Assembly: GCA_027484685.1 (NCBI GenBank)
Contig: JAIXSO010000066.1
Coordinates: 785-64,784 of the forward strand
Direction: 5' to 3'
DNA: 64,000 nt
Source of the DNA: Bacteroidota bacterium
Lineage (GTDB): Bacteria > Bacteroidota > Bacteroidia > UKL13-3
Positions 48,601-56,869 of the stretch are shown here, piece by piece (position 1 is the stretch's first letter; each line of letters opens with the position of its first letter). The notes under the pieces are model-generated. The model had not been told where the DNA came from. It did not search any database and worked only from the letters and a program-made list of their open reading frames with translations. Position numbers and translations under genes: made by a program.

Positions 48601-51591
48601 TACACAGGGGGTATTATCATGTCTGTCTAACAAGGAGTCATAATTTATTTGCAAGAAAGTCCTTGAACTACTTGGTAAGATACCTGGTGACTGAACAGAC
48701 CTTGTAGTGTCCATGTAACCATTTCTGTCAAAAATAATTTTAGCGGTACCACCAAACACCCCGTTGGTTCTTCCTGGACATATTCTTCCATCTTGTGCCA
48801 TACCATAAGCATCTGGACGGGTAAATGATAAAGTTACAGTGCTTGAAGCGCTACAATCCCAATCATCTAACATCAAAGAATCAAAAACTATTGAATCTTT
48901 CATTGTTTTAGTAAATGGATCATAAACTTTTAATGTATCAGGCTTTGTTTTTACCAATCGGTAATCAGGATCAGCGGAAATATTATTCAATGAATCCTTT
49001 TCTTTTAAAGTAACAGTAATATCTTGGATTACTTGACGTTTGAATGCATATTCATACAATGTAGTTGGTGGTGTTAAACCAGGGATAATATCATTACCTT
49101 TATAACGTCTTAGACGTTTATCATTAGCGATAGTTAAATTTACGTTCAGTAATCCCGTATCAATTCTAGTTCCAGCTGGAATCAAATCCATCCAATTACC
49201 CCTTGCAGCAGAAATAGGATCTGGAATACCTCTATTTAAAGTAATTACTGTATTAGGATTAATATCTGGAGGCCAAATATTTAACATCGTATCTAAGCGA
49301 GTAGGTGTAGGACCAACTGCTAAAACAGGTTTATTCCAAGTTAAGGTATCACTAGGATGAACCCAATTCATACCAACAGGTGGTGGACCAGATGGAGGCC
49401 AACTAGTATAATTTTTTGACCATCTGGTGGTATCATAAGGTGGAAAATCATGACCATATTTATTCCAAATTAATACCTTATCCCAATTTACATATTGATG
49501 TGTTGGAAGTGTATCATGAGAGAAATTACAACCATTGAATCTTCCTAGATAGTTGCGTCCGTTGGCAACAAAAGCTCCAATAGTCCTGTTTTGTAAATCT
49601 GCAGCGTCAGAGTAAGGCTCTAAACCACCATTAGCTGCTGAAGGATTTGGAATAGAATATGAAGTACAAGCAGGTGCATACGATTGTTCACCAAAATCCC
49701 AATTTATCCATAACCTATCAGATTGATAAGTTAATGTATTATTTGTAAATTGAACAGGGAATGACGGTCCACATTGTAATTTTTGCCACTGAACTATTTC
49801 TCTAGGAGGACCTGGAGGTGGGGGATTTTCAATCCTAGCATCTGGACCTAAAATATTTACACCTAATGCAATTAAATCATGGTTTAGTGCTGAGGACACA
49901 GGATTACAATATTCCTTATTAAAAGGTACAGTTATTAATGTGCTTGTAAAAGGATTTCTAAAAGTAATATTTGTAGTGGTGGTGTATTTATTAACACAAT
50001 CAAATGAACCATTATTAAAGAAATCCCAATTTGAACTCATTGAATCTGACCAACCAATATGACGGGCAGTTACACTTAATATTAATGTTGGATCAACAGG
50101 ACTAACAGCCGTATCATAAGCATACTCTGAAATTTTTCCATTGTAATTATAATATTGCGGATTAGCTGGAGTATTAGGAGTTAGTAATCTACCATTTCTA
50201 GTATAAAGAATTGGATTAACTATATAACTGTTTTGATTAGAAGCCGTTCCATTGGGTATAAAATAATCTTGGTATTGATATCTATTTTTGTCTTTTGGCA
50301 GTGTATCTATCCTTGAATAAAAAGTATATGTTTTAGGAAGTGCTCCAGGACAAACTACCGTTAATGTAGGGAAAAACTGACCTAAGCCTTTGTATTTATA
50401 AGTAGGCTGATCAACACTTGGAAAAATATAATTAGTAGCATTAGGTTCATATGGATCGTTAAAACTCCATACAAAATTAAGTTTAGTTCCACCTTTTCCA
50501 GCAAGTTCCCCATTGTTATAAAGGGTTACAGCAGCCTCACCCGGTTTTTTAAAGCAAACTGAGTCTGCTATCGAGTCATTTTGAATATCACGTTTAGTTA
50601 ATAATTCAATTTGATAAATAATATTTTCAGGTAATTGTAAACCCGTAGATTTATAATAGAATGTATCTGCACACCTTTGGGTTTGCACTATTAAATATGG
50701 ATAAAAAACATTATTATCATAATATGTATGAATAAATGGCCTTGTCCATATATTTAAATCACTTGTAACAGTATTTGGTGGACCTTTCTCATATTTTTTA
50801 CCATCACCAAAATCAAATATAAATTTTGTTACTGCTGAAAAGCCTAATGGAGTGGTATTGGTAAAAATATATCTCGAACTATCACATCTTGGTGAACCAG
50901 TAATAGTAAAGCTCGGTTTTAAATCAGGGGCAATTGAAATAGCTCTCGCACTTAAAGCGTCAATTAGAGGATCGGTAGTACAACCAACCGAATCTGTTAC
51001 TTTTAAACCAACATTGAACGAAGGATTACTAATAGCATATTTATGGCAAACCAAACGTGCATTGGTATCGGTTTGGGTTAAGGCATTACCATCCCCAAAA
51101 GTCCATTCATATCTAACCAAAGGCGCTGTACCTTGTTTTGATGTATTGGTAAAACAATACTCATTATTTTTAAAACATTGGGTATCTCTACTCGCCATTA
51201 CAAACTTGGTAGTTGGTCTTTCCCAAATTTTACGTTGTTTGGTTACCACAATGTCTGGACCATTGGTTCTTTTTACAATAACGGTTACAGTGTAAATGCC
51301 ACCGTTCATGTATGTTTTTAAAAAATTGGGACTTGGTGCTTGAGTTACAATTCTGTTATTTACCGCAGTATCATTAGGTATACCCCAACGAATGGTATAC
51401 GAAATTACATCTGCAGGAGCAATACCTGGAGTAATATTAACCGTGGTTAAATCCACTCCTGCACAAGGATTTGCGGGGGACATTGTAAAATCAGCTTGGG
51501 CTTTAGCCATTACTGACACAAACAATAGAAAGACCAAAACAGCACTCTGCCTCAGTTTTCGTGTTGATAGTTTAAAGTACATATATTTCAT
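45637..51591 (-). CDS. Giant (1984 aa) secreted cell-surface protein with T9SS type B (gliding-motility-associated) C-terminal domain
   Basis: Signal peptide, then about 1850 aa of beta-rich PKD/Ig-like repeats with many Cys pairs. The C-terminus IPNVFTPNGDGKNDEFKI...WNRWGNTIFE...WNGK...GTYYYLF is the hallmark of the type B sorting domain. Confidence 0.9.
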   Translation of the reverse strand: MKYMYFKLSTRKLRQSAVLVFLLFVSVMAKAQADFTMSPANPCAGVDLTTVNITPGIAPADVISYTIRWGIPNDTAVNNRIVTQAPSPNFLKTYMNGGIYTVTVIVKRTNGPDIVVTKQRKIWERPTTKFVMASRDTQCFKNNEYCFTNTSKQGTAPLVRYEWTFGDGNALTQTDTNARLVCHKYAISNPSFNVGLKVTDSVGCTTDPLIDALSARAISIAPDLKPSFTITGSPRCDSSRYIFTNTTPLGFSAVTKFIFDFGDGKKYEKGPPNTVTSDLNIWTRPFIHTYYDNNVFYPYLIVQTQRCADTFYYKSTGLQLPENIIYQIELLTKRDIQNDSIADSVCFKKPGEAAVTLYNNGELAGKGGTKLNFVWSFNDPYEPNATNYIFPSVDQPTYKYKGLGQFFPTLTVVCPGALPKTYTFYSRIDTLPKDKNRYQYQDYFIPNGTASNQNSYIVNPILYTRNGRLLTPNTPANPQYYNYNGKISEYAYDTAVSPVDPTLILSVTARHIGWSDSMSSNWDFFNNGSFDCVNKYTTTTNITFRNPFTSTLITVPFNKEYCNPVSSALNHDLIALGVNILGPDARIENPPPPGPPREIVQWQKLQCGPSFPVQFTNNTLTYQSDRLWINWDFGEQSYAPACTSYSIPNPSAANGGLEPYSDAADLQNRTIGAFVANGRNYLGRFNGCNFSHDTLPTHQYVNWDKVLIWNKYGHDFPPYDTTRWSKNYTSWPPSGPPPVGMNWVHPSDTLTWNKPVLAVGPTPTRLDTMLNIWPPDINPNTVITLNRGIPDPISAARGNWMDLIPAGTRIDTGLLNVNLTIANDKRLRRYKGNDIIPGLTPPTTLYEYAFKRQVIQDITVTLKEKDSLNNISADPDYRLVKTKPDTLKVYDPFTKTMKDSIVFDSLMLDDWDCSASSTVTLSFTRPDAYGMAQDGRICPGRTNGVFGGTAKIIFDRNGYMDTTRSVQSPGILPSSSRTFLQINYDSLLDRHDNTPCVLDQFVGFGGGLTPGGTNMPPMWNSPNYNPPPQAWTSASGGSTFVYYYPNGGSPVGATNMPYDKKGFVTIGLIVGTGCLTPTNCNLPGCISDTVWYHNFFRFIELEAAYTTANFTYENVDFNNKNSMCYLRGKGDDVTFHYKVEQQDNVIADIWNWGDGTATVDSFYYQPGEDIPYNRIRYHFNALTLPWEFQYAEYFNVGTRLRKDTIIEIKYACDDVNKLFPKYDTTINVRDSSLLFTPITHRYYKSSFEQMIIGGSGNLERKGDITEVNHIMVTNTYSRCQSFAKSNLVIGVIDTFDILNGDGQLDTVFCEGQTVFFRDSVRYWYPSTNCSRPLNIPAQENDLLHHDRGNMHQWAYTRTNYPLDSIRPTPIYDFTDYKVFPATLTVCPTGYGTTNANPRTPVIINNDQGTPLARCYKEKTYFYERVYWDFESDGVIDHLRPNTPITGNEVSTVTHKYPKYGRYKVSMYSIDSTGRWDTCVQYVNVVKPIAKIDAKDYYACGDKFIFKDSTQVLQNYADVSDTLDRIAGWKWWFGDKVYNSKLPQSILKDPIYDYRRNGKYTLRIAINTEQGCTDTALKDIFIAGPRPHLVILDDTLGCVPHRVRVVSIPEREPWSDPTIDTPTKLTIIRSGRPDKYFVPIKYSRIDTAVFFYDQPGTYYISAEAYNTEDGSASACRPVFTPDTVDGFEKPIIISVNVPYKVNMLSSKDTVCVGEVFRLTNNSDRDTITRYRMDVFDANFGTRIDSLLKTNYITDTSWQYKFNAVGQYKLVLNSTRFDNKYSPCANYDTITMVAAKSKADFTATEAGEARFRLVNTSDTVISDKYTWKIYNPDGSLYEGFPKDFDESSDLNDFIQTFNIDSSRSFNVCIIADVAGTQSCPDSVCKIIQVILPKSKINIPNVFTPNGDGKNDEFKIEIVGYKKYSLIVWNRWGNTIFESDNAEKMWNGKTNNDGAENPAGTYYYLFTYQLRGGEEKTVRGSITLIRQ

Positions 51592-51657
51592 TTTTATTTT
51601 TGTTTTAAACAGTTTGCTAACATAATATTATTTCATTCAATTACAAATTTTAAATCA

Positions 51658-52557
51658 TTAACGTATGAGTTTTATTTTGGTCATTTTGGTTTGCAATTTT
51701 TCACTATTCATAAATTTAAAATTCAAAACACCATAGTAAATACCACTATTACAAGCTTGTCCAGTTTTTTGACTTATACCATCCCAAGTAAAATTTTTAT
51801 CATTACTTTCAAAAACCAACTCATTGTTAAAATTGTAAATTTTTAAGTTAAATACCTTTTCGCCTTCAATTTCTATTACATACCTATCATTTGAGCCATC
51901 ACCATTTGGCGTTAATACATTAGGTATTTTAATATGTGATGATACATTTTTGTCTGTTTCGGTTGCTTCGGCATTATTTTCTGTATTTTCAATTGAATCA
52001 ATTTTATCATCCAAATCAATCTCAGGTATGGTTGGATTTGAAACTATTTCATTAACAACTTCGGGAGTAGAAGTATGTTCAAGATTTCTATTTGATAACC
52101 CTTCTTGCTGTTTATTCTCCACATTTAACTTATGCTCAATAAAGTTATCATTAATATAAGCCTCTTGGGTTTTAATTAAATTATTAGAACCATACTTTTC
52201 TTTATTTGTAAAAGTTTCTTTTGGCTTATTAGTTATATGTGTTTTGTCAAAACTAATTTCTGGAGAATTTACTTCAATTGGTACTTTTAATTCTGCAACT
52301 TTTGATTCGCTTTCAATATTTTCTTTTTTACTATTTTTTGTATAAAAATAAGTTGCTATTGAGGAAGGAATGGCCAAAATAGCTGCTACCTTAATTACAG
52401 TTAAAGCCACTTTACTTATAACAACTTTTCCTGCCACAGCACTGCTTTGCGCAGCAGCATTGGCTTGCACACCTTGCTCAATACCCACCCAAACGTTTGG
52501 CGCATCAGGAGCAAAATTTTGCATTTGTTGTTTTAATATTTCGTCTAAATTACTCAA
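51658..52557 (-). CDS. Anti-sigma-factor-like single-pass membrane protein carrying a T9SS type B C-terminal domain
   Basis: 299 aa. A ~45-aa cytoplasmic N-terminus, one TM helix (VVISKVALTVIKVAAILAIPSSIATYFY), an Asn/Glu/Lys-rich linker of about 140 aa, then IPNVLTPNGDGSNDRYVIEIEGEKVFNLKIYNFNNELVFE...WDGI...GIYYGVL, a type B CTD. The gene overlaps the stop of the ECF sigma gene by 4 bp. The start is either the TTG at 52557 or the ATG at 52524. Confidence 0.75.
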   Translation of the reverse strand: MSNLDEILKQQMQNFAPDAPNVWVGIEQGVQANAAAQSSAVAGKVVISKVALTVIKVAAILAIPSSIATYFYTKNSKKENIESESKVAELKVPIEVNSPEISFDKTHITNKPKETFTNKEKYGSNNLIKTQEAYINDNFIEHKLNVENKQQEGLSNRNLEHTSTPEVVNEIVSNPTIPEIDLDDKIDSIENTENNAEATETDKNVSSHIKIPNVLTPNGDGSNDRYVIEIEGEKVFNLKIYNFNNELVFESNDKNFTWDGISQKTGQACNSGIYYGVLNFKFMNSEKLQTKMTKIKLIR

Positions 52558-53090
52558 TTTTTTCTTTTATTATATTCTTTTAAAAAAGCAGCTCTTGCTC
52601 TTGCAAGTTGACTTTTTGATGTTCCTTCGTTTATTTGAAGCATTTCTGCAATTTCTGCATGCGAATATCCTTCAATGGCATATAAGTTTAAAACCGTTCT
52701 ATATCCTAAAGCTAATTTTTGCATGGTTTCCATAATTTCTTTTTGACTAATTTTATCTATTGTAAAATTATCAAAAACTAAATCATACTCATCAGCTATA
52801 TCAGTGATTTCAGTATAAAATTTATTTACCCTAATATTCTCTAAAGCACAATTAACAAAAATTCTCCTCATCCATGCTTCAATTACTCCTTTGCCTTCAA
52901 ATTGTTTTATTTTACTAAAAACCCTAATATAACCTTCTTGTAAAGTATCTCTAGCATCTTCAGGATTTTTACAATACCTTAAGCAGATACCATACATTTG
53001 TTTTGATGTAAATTCATACAATTGTTTTTGGGCTCGCGCCTCACCTTGTATGCATTTATCTATCAATTCTTGGCTTATGTTTTGGCTCAC
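52554..53090 (-). CDS. RNA polymerase sigma-70 factor, ECF subfamily
   Basis: 178 aa. A sigma-70 region 2 (DTLQEGYIRVF) and a region 4 helix-turn-helix (YSHAEIAEMLQINEGTSKSQLARAR). Apparent GTG start. Confidence 0.9.
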   Translation of the reverse strand: MSQNISQELIDKCIQGEARAQKQLYEFTSKQMYGICLRYCKNPEDARDTLQEGYIRVFSKIKQFEGKGVIEAWMRRIFVNCALENIRVNKFYTEITDIADEYDLVFDNFTIDKISQKEIMETMQKLALGYRTVLNLYAIEGYSHAEIAEMLQINEGTSKSQLARARAAFLKEYNKRKN

Positions 53091-53217
53091 TTTTATATTG
53101 CTGTTGGGTTTGATTAAAGAATTTATTTTATAGTTGCATGTTAAAGTAAAAAAAACTTAAATTTTTCTAAATGCTTTTATTACAAGTAATTTAATTTGCG
53201 TTTTTGTTTATTTTGTT

Positions 53218-56007
53218 TTGTTTATTTTGCAAAACTTGTCTGCTAAAAATATACATATCATTATTTTAACATTTTTGCTTTTAAGCTCACTGCCAAAATT
53301 ATATTCTCAAATAAGTGACCTTAGCGAAAACACAAATAACAGCATTTACTTTACCGAAAACAAAGGACAGTGGGATAATGACATAAAATTTAAATTTTGG
53401 AATGCCAATAACCATATTTTATTTAATCAAAACAACATTGGTTATTATTTTTTAAATGAAAACCAAGTGGCTCATGAAAACCAACATTTAAAAAAAGATA
53501 AGTTTAAAAATAATTCAATTGATGGGCATTTTATAACACTAAAATTTGTAAGTGCTAACGAAAATCCTAACATAATTTCGAATGGTAAACCTGCTCCTTT
53601 TTACAAAAATTTTTTTTTAGGCAGTAAACCTCAAAAATGGCAATCTAAAGTGCAATCGTTCACTCAAATAACTTACCAAAACTTATATAAACATATTGAT
53701 TTAAAAATTTCAGCTAAAAACAACTCCACTTTAAAATACGATTGGATTATAAAACCAATGGGAAATTTAGAAAACATAAAACTTGATTTTAAAGGGGCCG
53801 ATTCCGTTTATATTCAATACAACGAATTGTATATTGCGCATAGCCAAGGCATTTTAAAAGAACAAAAACCATTTGCGTACCAAATAATTAATGGCAAGCA
53901 AGTAAGAGTTGATGTTATTTACTGCATCACTAATAAAATAATTAGTTTCAAATCAAATAATTACAATAAAAACTACGATTTAATTATAGACCCAGATTTA
54001 ATTTTTAGCACTTACAGCGGTGCTACTGATGATAATTTTGGTTTTACAGCAACTTACGATAGTGAAGGAAATTTATTTTCGGGAGGGGTAAGTGGTGATG
54101 CTTTTGCAGGTAAATATCCTGTAACGCCAGGTGCATTTCAATTAACTTATAAAGGTGGCAATCAAGAAGCACCAGTAAATTTGGCTTGCGACATTACCAT
54201 AAGCAAATACAGCAGCGATGGTAAACAACTGATTTATGCTACTTATTTAGGCGGCTCAAAAAACGAATATCCGCACAGTTTGGTAGCCGACAATAACGAC
54301 AATTTGGTAATAATGGGAACCAGCAAATCAATTGATTTTCCGATGAGTTCTGACTCATACGATAATTCGCAAAATGGAGATATTGACATAATTGTAACCA
54401 AATTAAGCAAAGATGGAACTACACTGCTAGGCTCTACTTTTATTGGCGGTTTAGGCAGTGATGGACTGAATATAAAACCGTTTTTAAATACCTTTTATGC
54501 CGATGAATTTAGGGGAGACGTTACTATTGATAAGCAAAACAATATTATAGTTGGCAGTTGCAGTTTTTCAACCGATTTTCCTTTTACATCAGGTTCGTTT
54601 GGTGCATCCATTCCAAGTGCTATTCAAAAAGGAGTGGTTTTTAAACTTTCACCTACTTGCAATAATTTGCTATTTAGTGCTGCCATGCCAAGTAATAGCG
54701 AAGATGTTATTTACAGCGTTGACTTGAACCAAACTGACGATATTTTTATAGCGGGAACTACTACAGGCAATATGCAAATTCCAACTGCGACAAATTCATT
54801 TATAGGAGGAAATTCTGATGGTTTTTTTGCTAAAATAAAGTTTGATGGTTCGACTATTTTAAAAGCAAAATATTTTGGCACTACTCAAAACGACCAAGTG
54901 TTTAGTTTAGAATTAGACAATAATGAGGACATTTATATTGTTGGAAATTCGTTGGGCAATATTGCACCGATTGGAAATGTATATTCAGTTGCCAATGGAA
55001 AACAATTTATTAGCAAAATAAACAACGATTTTAGTACCATTAATTTTATAAGCACTTTTGGGCGAGGAGCGGCAGATGTTGATTTAAGTATAAACGCATT
55101 TTTGCTAGATGACTGCGGACGTTTATACATTAGTGGTTGGGGCTGCAACGACTCTCGATTTGGTCTTGGAGGAAATACACAGGGATTGCCAATTACCAAT
55201 GATGCATTTCAAAAAACTACCGATGGCAACGACTTTTATTTAATGGTGTTAGGCCAAAATGCTGAAAAAATATTGTATGCCACATTTTTTGGAGGAAATA
55301 GCTCACCTGACCATGTAGATGGAGGCACGAGTAGGTTTGACAAAAGGGGTTATATTTACCAATCAGTTTGTGCAAGTTGCCCAGCCAATGGCAACTTTTT
55401 AAGTGATTTTCCAACTAATACCGATGCAGTTTTTAAAACAAATGTGAGTCCGCGTTGCAGCAATGCAGCTTTTAAAATGTCGTTTAGGTTTAAAGAAGCT
55501 GCCATTGAAATGAATATAGATACTTGCGCCAAAACAGTTACACTTGGAACACCAACCGAAAATGCATTGAATTATTTATGGTTACTGCCAAACGGAAAAA
55601 CTAGTGTTTTAAAAAACCCAACTGTAACCATTGATGAAATAAACAATAAAGAGGTAGTGTTAATTTTAAATGCGAATACCAATTGTGCCGACACTGCCAA
55701 ACAAACCTTAAGCTTTAACGAATTATTTAATAAGGTGGATTTTAGTAATGCCTTTACACCAAACAACGATGGTGCAAACGATATGTTCTTTATTGATGGC
55801 ATTAGCCAATGTGGTGAATATGAATTAACCATTTTTAACCGGTGGGGGCAAGAAATATATAAAACCACTTCAAATCAACCCAAATGGGATGGAAAAACAA
55901 GTAATGGACAAGATGCGTTAGCGGGCGTTTATTATTATTTAGGTTATTATAAAAAACAAAATGAGCCCGAAGTAAAACTCCATGGAACAGTTACTTTAAT
56001 TAGGTAA
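53218..56007 (+). CDS. Secreted beta-propeller (SBBP-repeat-like) protein with T9SS type B C-terminal domain
   Basis: 929 aa. Signal peptide. Repeated YATYLGGS.../FIGG.../YFGT... beta-propeller repeats. The C-terminus FSNAFTPNNDGANDMFFIDGI...ELTIFNRWGQEIY...WDGK...GVYYYL is a type B CTD. Apparent TTG start. Confidence 0.85.
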   Translation: MFILQNLSAKNIHIIILTFLLLSSLPKLYSQISDLSENTNNSIYFTENKGQWDNDIKFKFWNANNHILFNQNNIGYYFLNENQVAHENQHLKKDKFKNNSIDGHFITLKFVSANENPNIISNGKPAPFYKNFFLGSKPQKWQSKVQSFTQITYQNLYKHIDLKISAKNNSTLKYDWIIKPMGNLENIKLDFKGADSVYIQYNELYIAHSQGILKEQKPFAYQIINGKQVRVDVIYCITNKIISFKSNNYNKNYDLIIDPDLIFSTYSGATDDNFGFTATYDSEGNLFSGGVSGDAFAGKYPVTPGAFQLTYKGGNQEAPVNLACDITISKYSSDGKQLIYATYLGGSKNEYPHSLVADNNDNLVIMGTSKSIDFPMSSDSYDNSQNGDIDIIVTKLSKDGTTLLGSTFIGGLGSDGLNIKPFLNTFYADEFRGDVTIDKQNNIIVGSCSFSTDFPFTSGSFGASIPSAIQKGVVFKLSPTCNNLLFSAAMPSNSEDVIYSVDLNQTDDIFIAGTTTGNMQIPTATNSFIGGNSDGFFAKIKFDGSTILKAKYFGTTQNDQVFSLELDNNEDIYIVGNSLGNIAPIGNVYSVANGKQFISKINNDFSTINFISTFGRGAADVDLSINAFLLDDCGRLYISGWGCNDSRFGLGGNTQGLPITNDAFQKTTDGNDFYLMVLGQNAEKILYATFFGGNSSPDHVDGGTSRFDKRGYIYQSVCASCPANGNFLSDFPTNTDAVFKTNVSPRCSNAAFKMSFRFKEAAIEMNIDTCAKTVTLGTPTENALNYLWLLPNGKTSVLKNPTVTIDEINNKEVVLILNANTNCADTAKQTLSFNELFNKVDFSNAFTPNNDGANDMFFIDGISQCGEYELTIFNRWGQEIYKTTSNQPKWDGKTSNGQDALAGVYYYLGYYKKQNEPEVKLHGTVTLIR

Positions 56008-56056
56008 AATAAATTTTATTTTCGATTATTGATTTTTATAACTTTAATATTTTTAC

Positions 56057-56869
56057 TTGAAGCTCCTTTTAAAAATAGTACTACTGATAATTGCATTTCA
56101 AAAAGTGAATGCGCAAATAGTGCATGACCCAATTGGCGCTAGGGCTTGGAGTTTAGGAGGAAGCAGTACTGCGGAAAGTAATGTATTTGCTATAAACAAC
56201 AATATGGCTAGCTCGGCCGAGTTAAAGCAATACCAAATTGGTATTTATAATCAAACTCGTTTCAGTATAAAAGAGCTTAATTTAATTAATTCAAGCATAT
56301 TAATTCCTACAAAACTATTTCATGTTGGAGCAAGTATAAACCACTTTGGTTACGATAAATACAACCAACAAAACATCAGCTTAGGAATTGCAAAAAAACT
56401 TAACAACAATTTTAACTTAGGTATTACGCTTAATTACCTTACCATTAACATTGCAGAGCAGGAAAATACAGGCGCTTTAACTGGAAGCTTAAGTGCCTTT
56501 TATAAAATTAATAAAAACTTGCAACTGGGTGTTTTATTATTCAATCCAACTTTAAGCAATTACTCAATTAATGGTTATGGAAAAATAAATACTTTTGGAA
56601 GAATTGGTGTAAAATACCAAGTAAACAAAAGCGTATATTTAATTGGCGATTTAGATAAAACACTAGAACAAGAAACCATTTTGAGAGGTGGTATTAATTA
56701 TGCTCTTCACCCCAATTTTGACTTAAGTTTAGGATATGCCAATAACCCTAATTATTTAACTTTTGGGTTTAATGCTAAAATAAAACAAATGGACTTGGCC
56801 TTTGCTGCTAGCATTCATGAAATATTGGGTTTTACACCACATATTGGTTTGATATTTTATGGCAAATAA
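56057..56869 (+). CDS. T9SS-associated outer-membrane beta-barrel protein (PorQ/PorV/PorP-SprF-like)
   Basis: 270 aa with a signal peptide. The N-terminal motif GARAWSLGGSSTAESNVFAINNNMA is of the FadL/PorV/PorQ type ('GARA.GMGGA....D.SA...NPA'). The beta-strand periodicity is barrel-like. It sits directly downstream of a type-B-CTD gene, as PorP/SprF-like genes usually do. Apparent TTG start. Confidence 0.55.
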   Translation: MKLLLKIVLLIIAFQKVNAQIVHDPIGARAWSLGGSSTAESNVFAINNNMASSAELKQYQIGIYNQTRFSIKELNLINSSILIPTKLFHVGASINHFGYDKYNQQNISLGIAKKLNNNFNLGITLNYLTINIAEQENTGALTGSLSAFYKINKNLQLGVLLFNPTLSNYSINGYGKINTFGRIGVKYQVNKSVYLIGDLDKTLEQETILRGGINYALHPNFDLSLGYANNPNYLTFGFNAKIKQMDLAFAASIHEILGFTPHIGLIFYGK

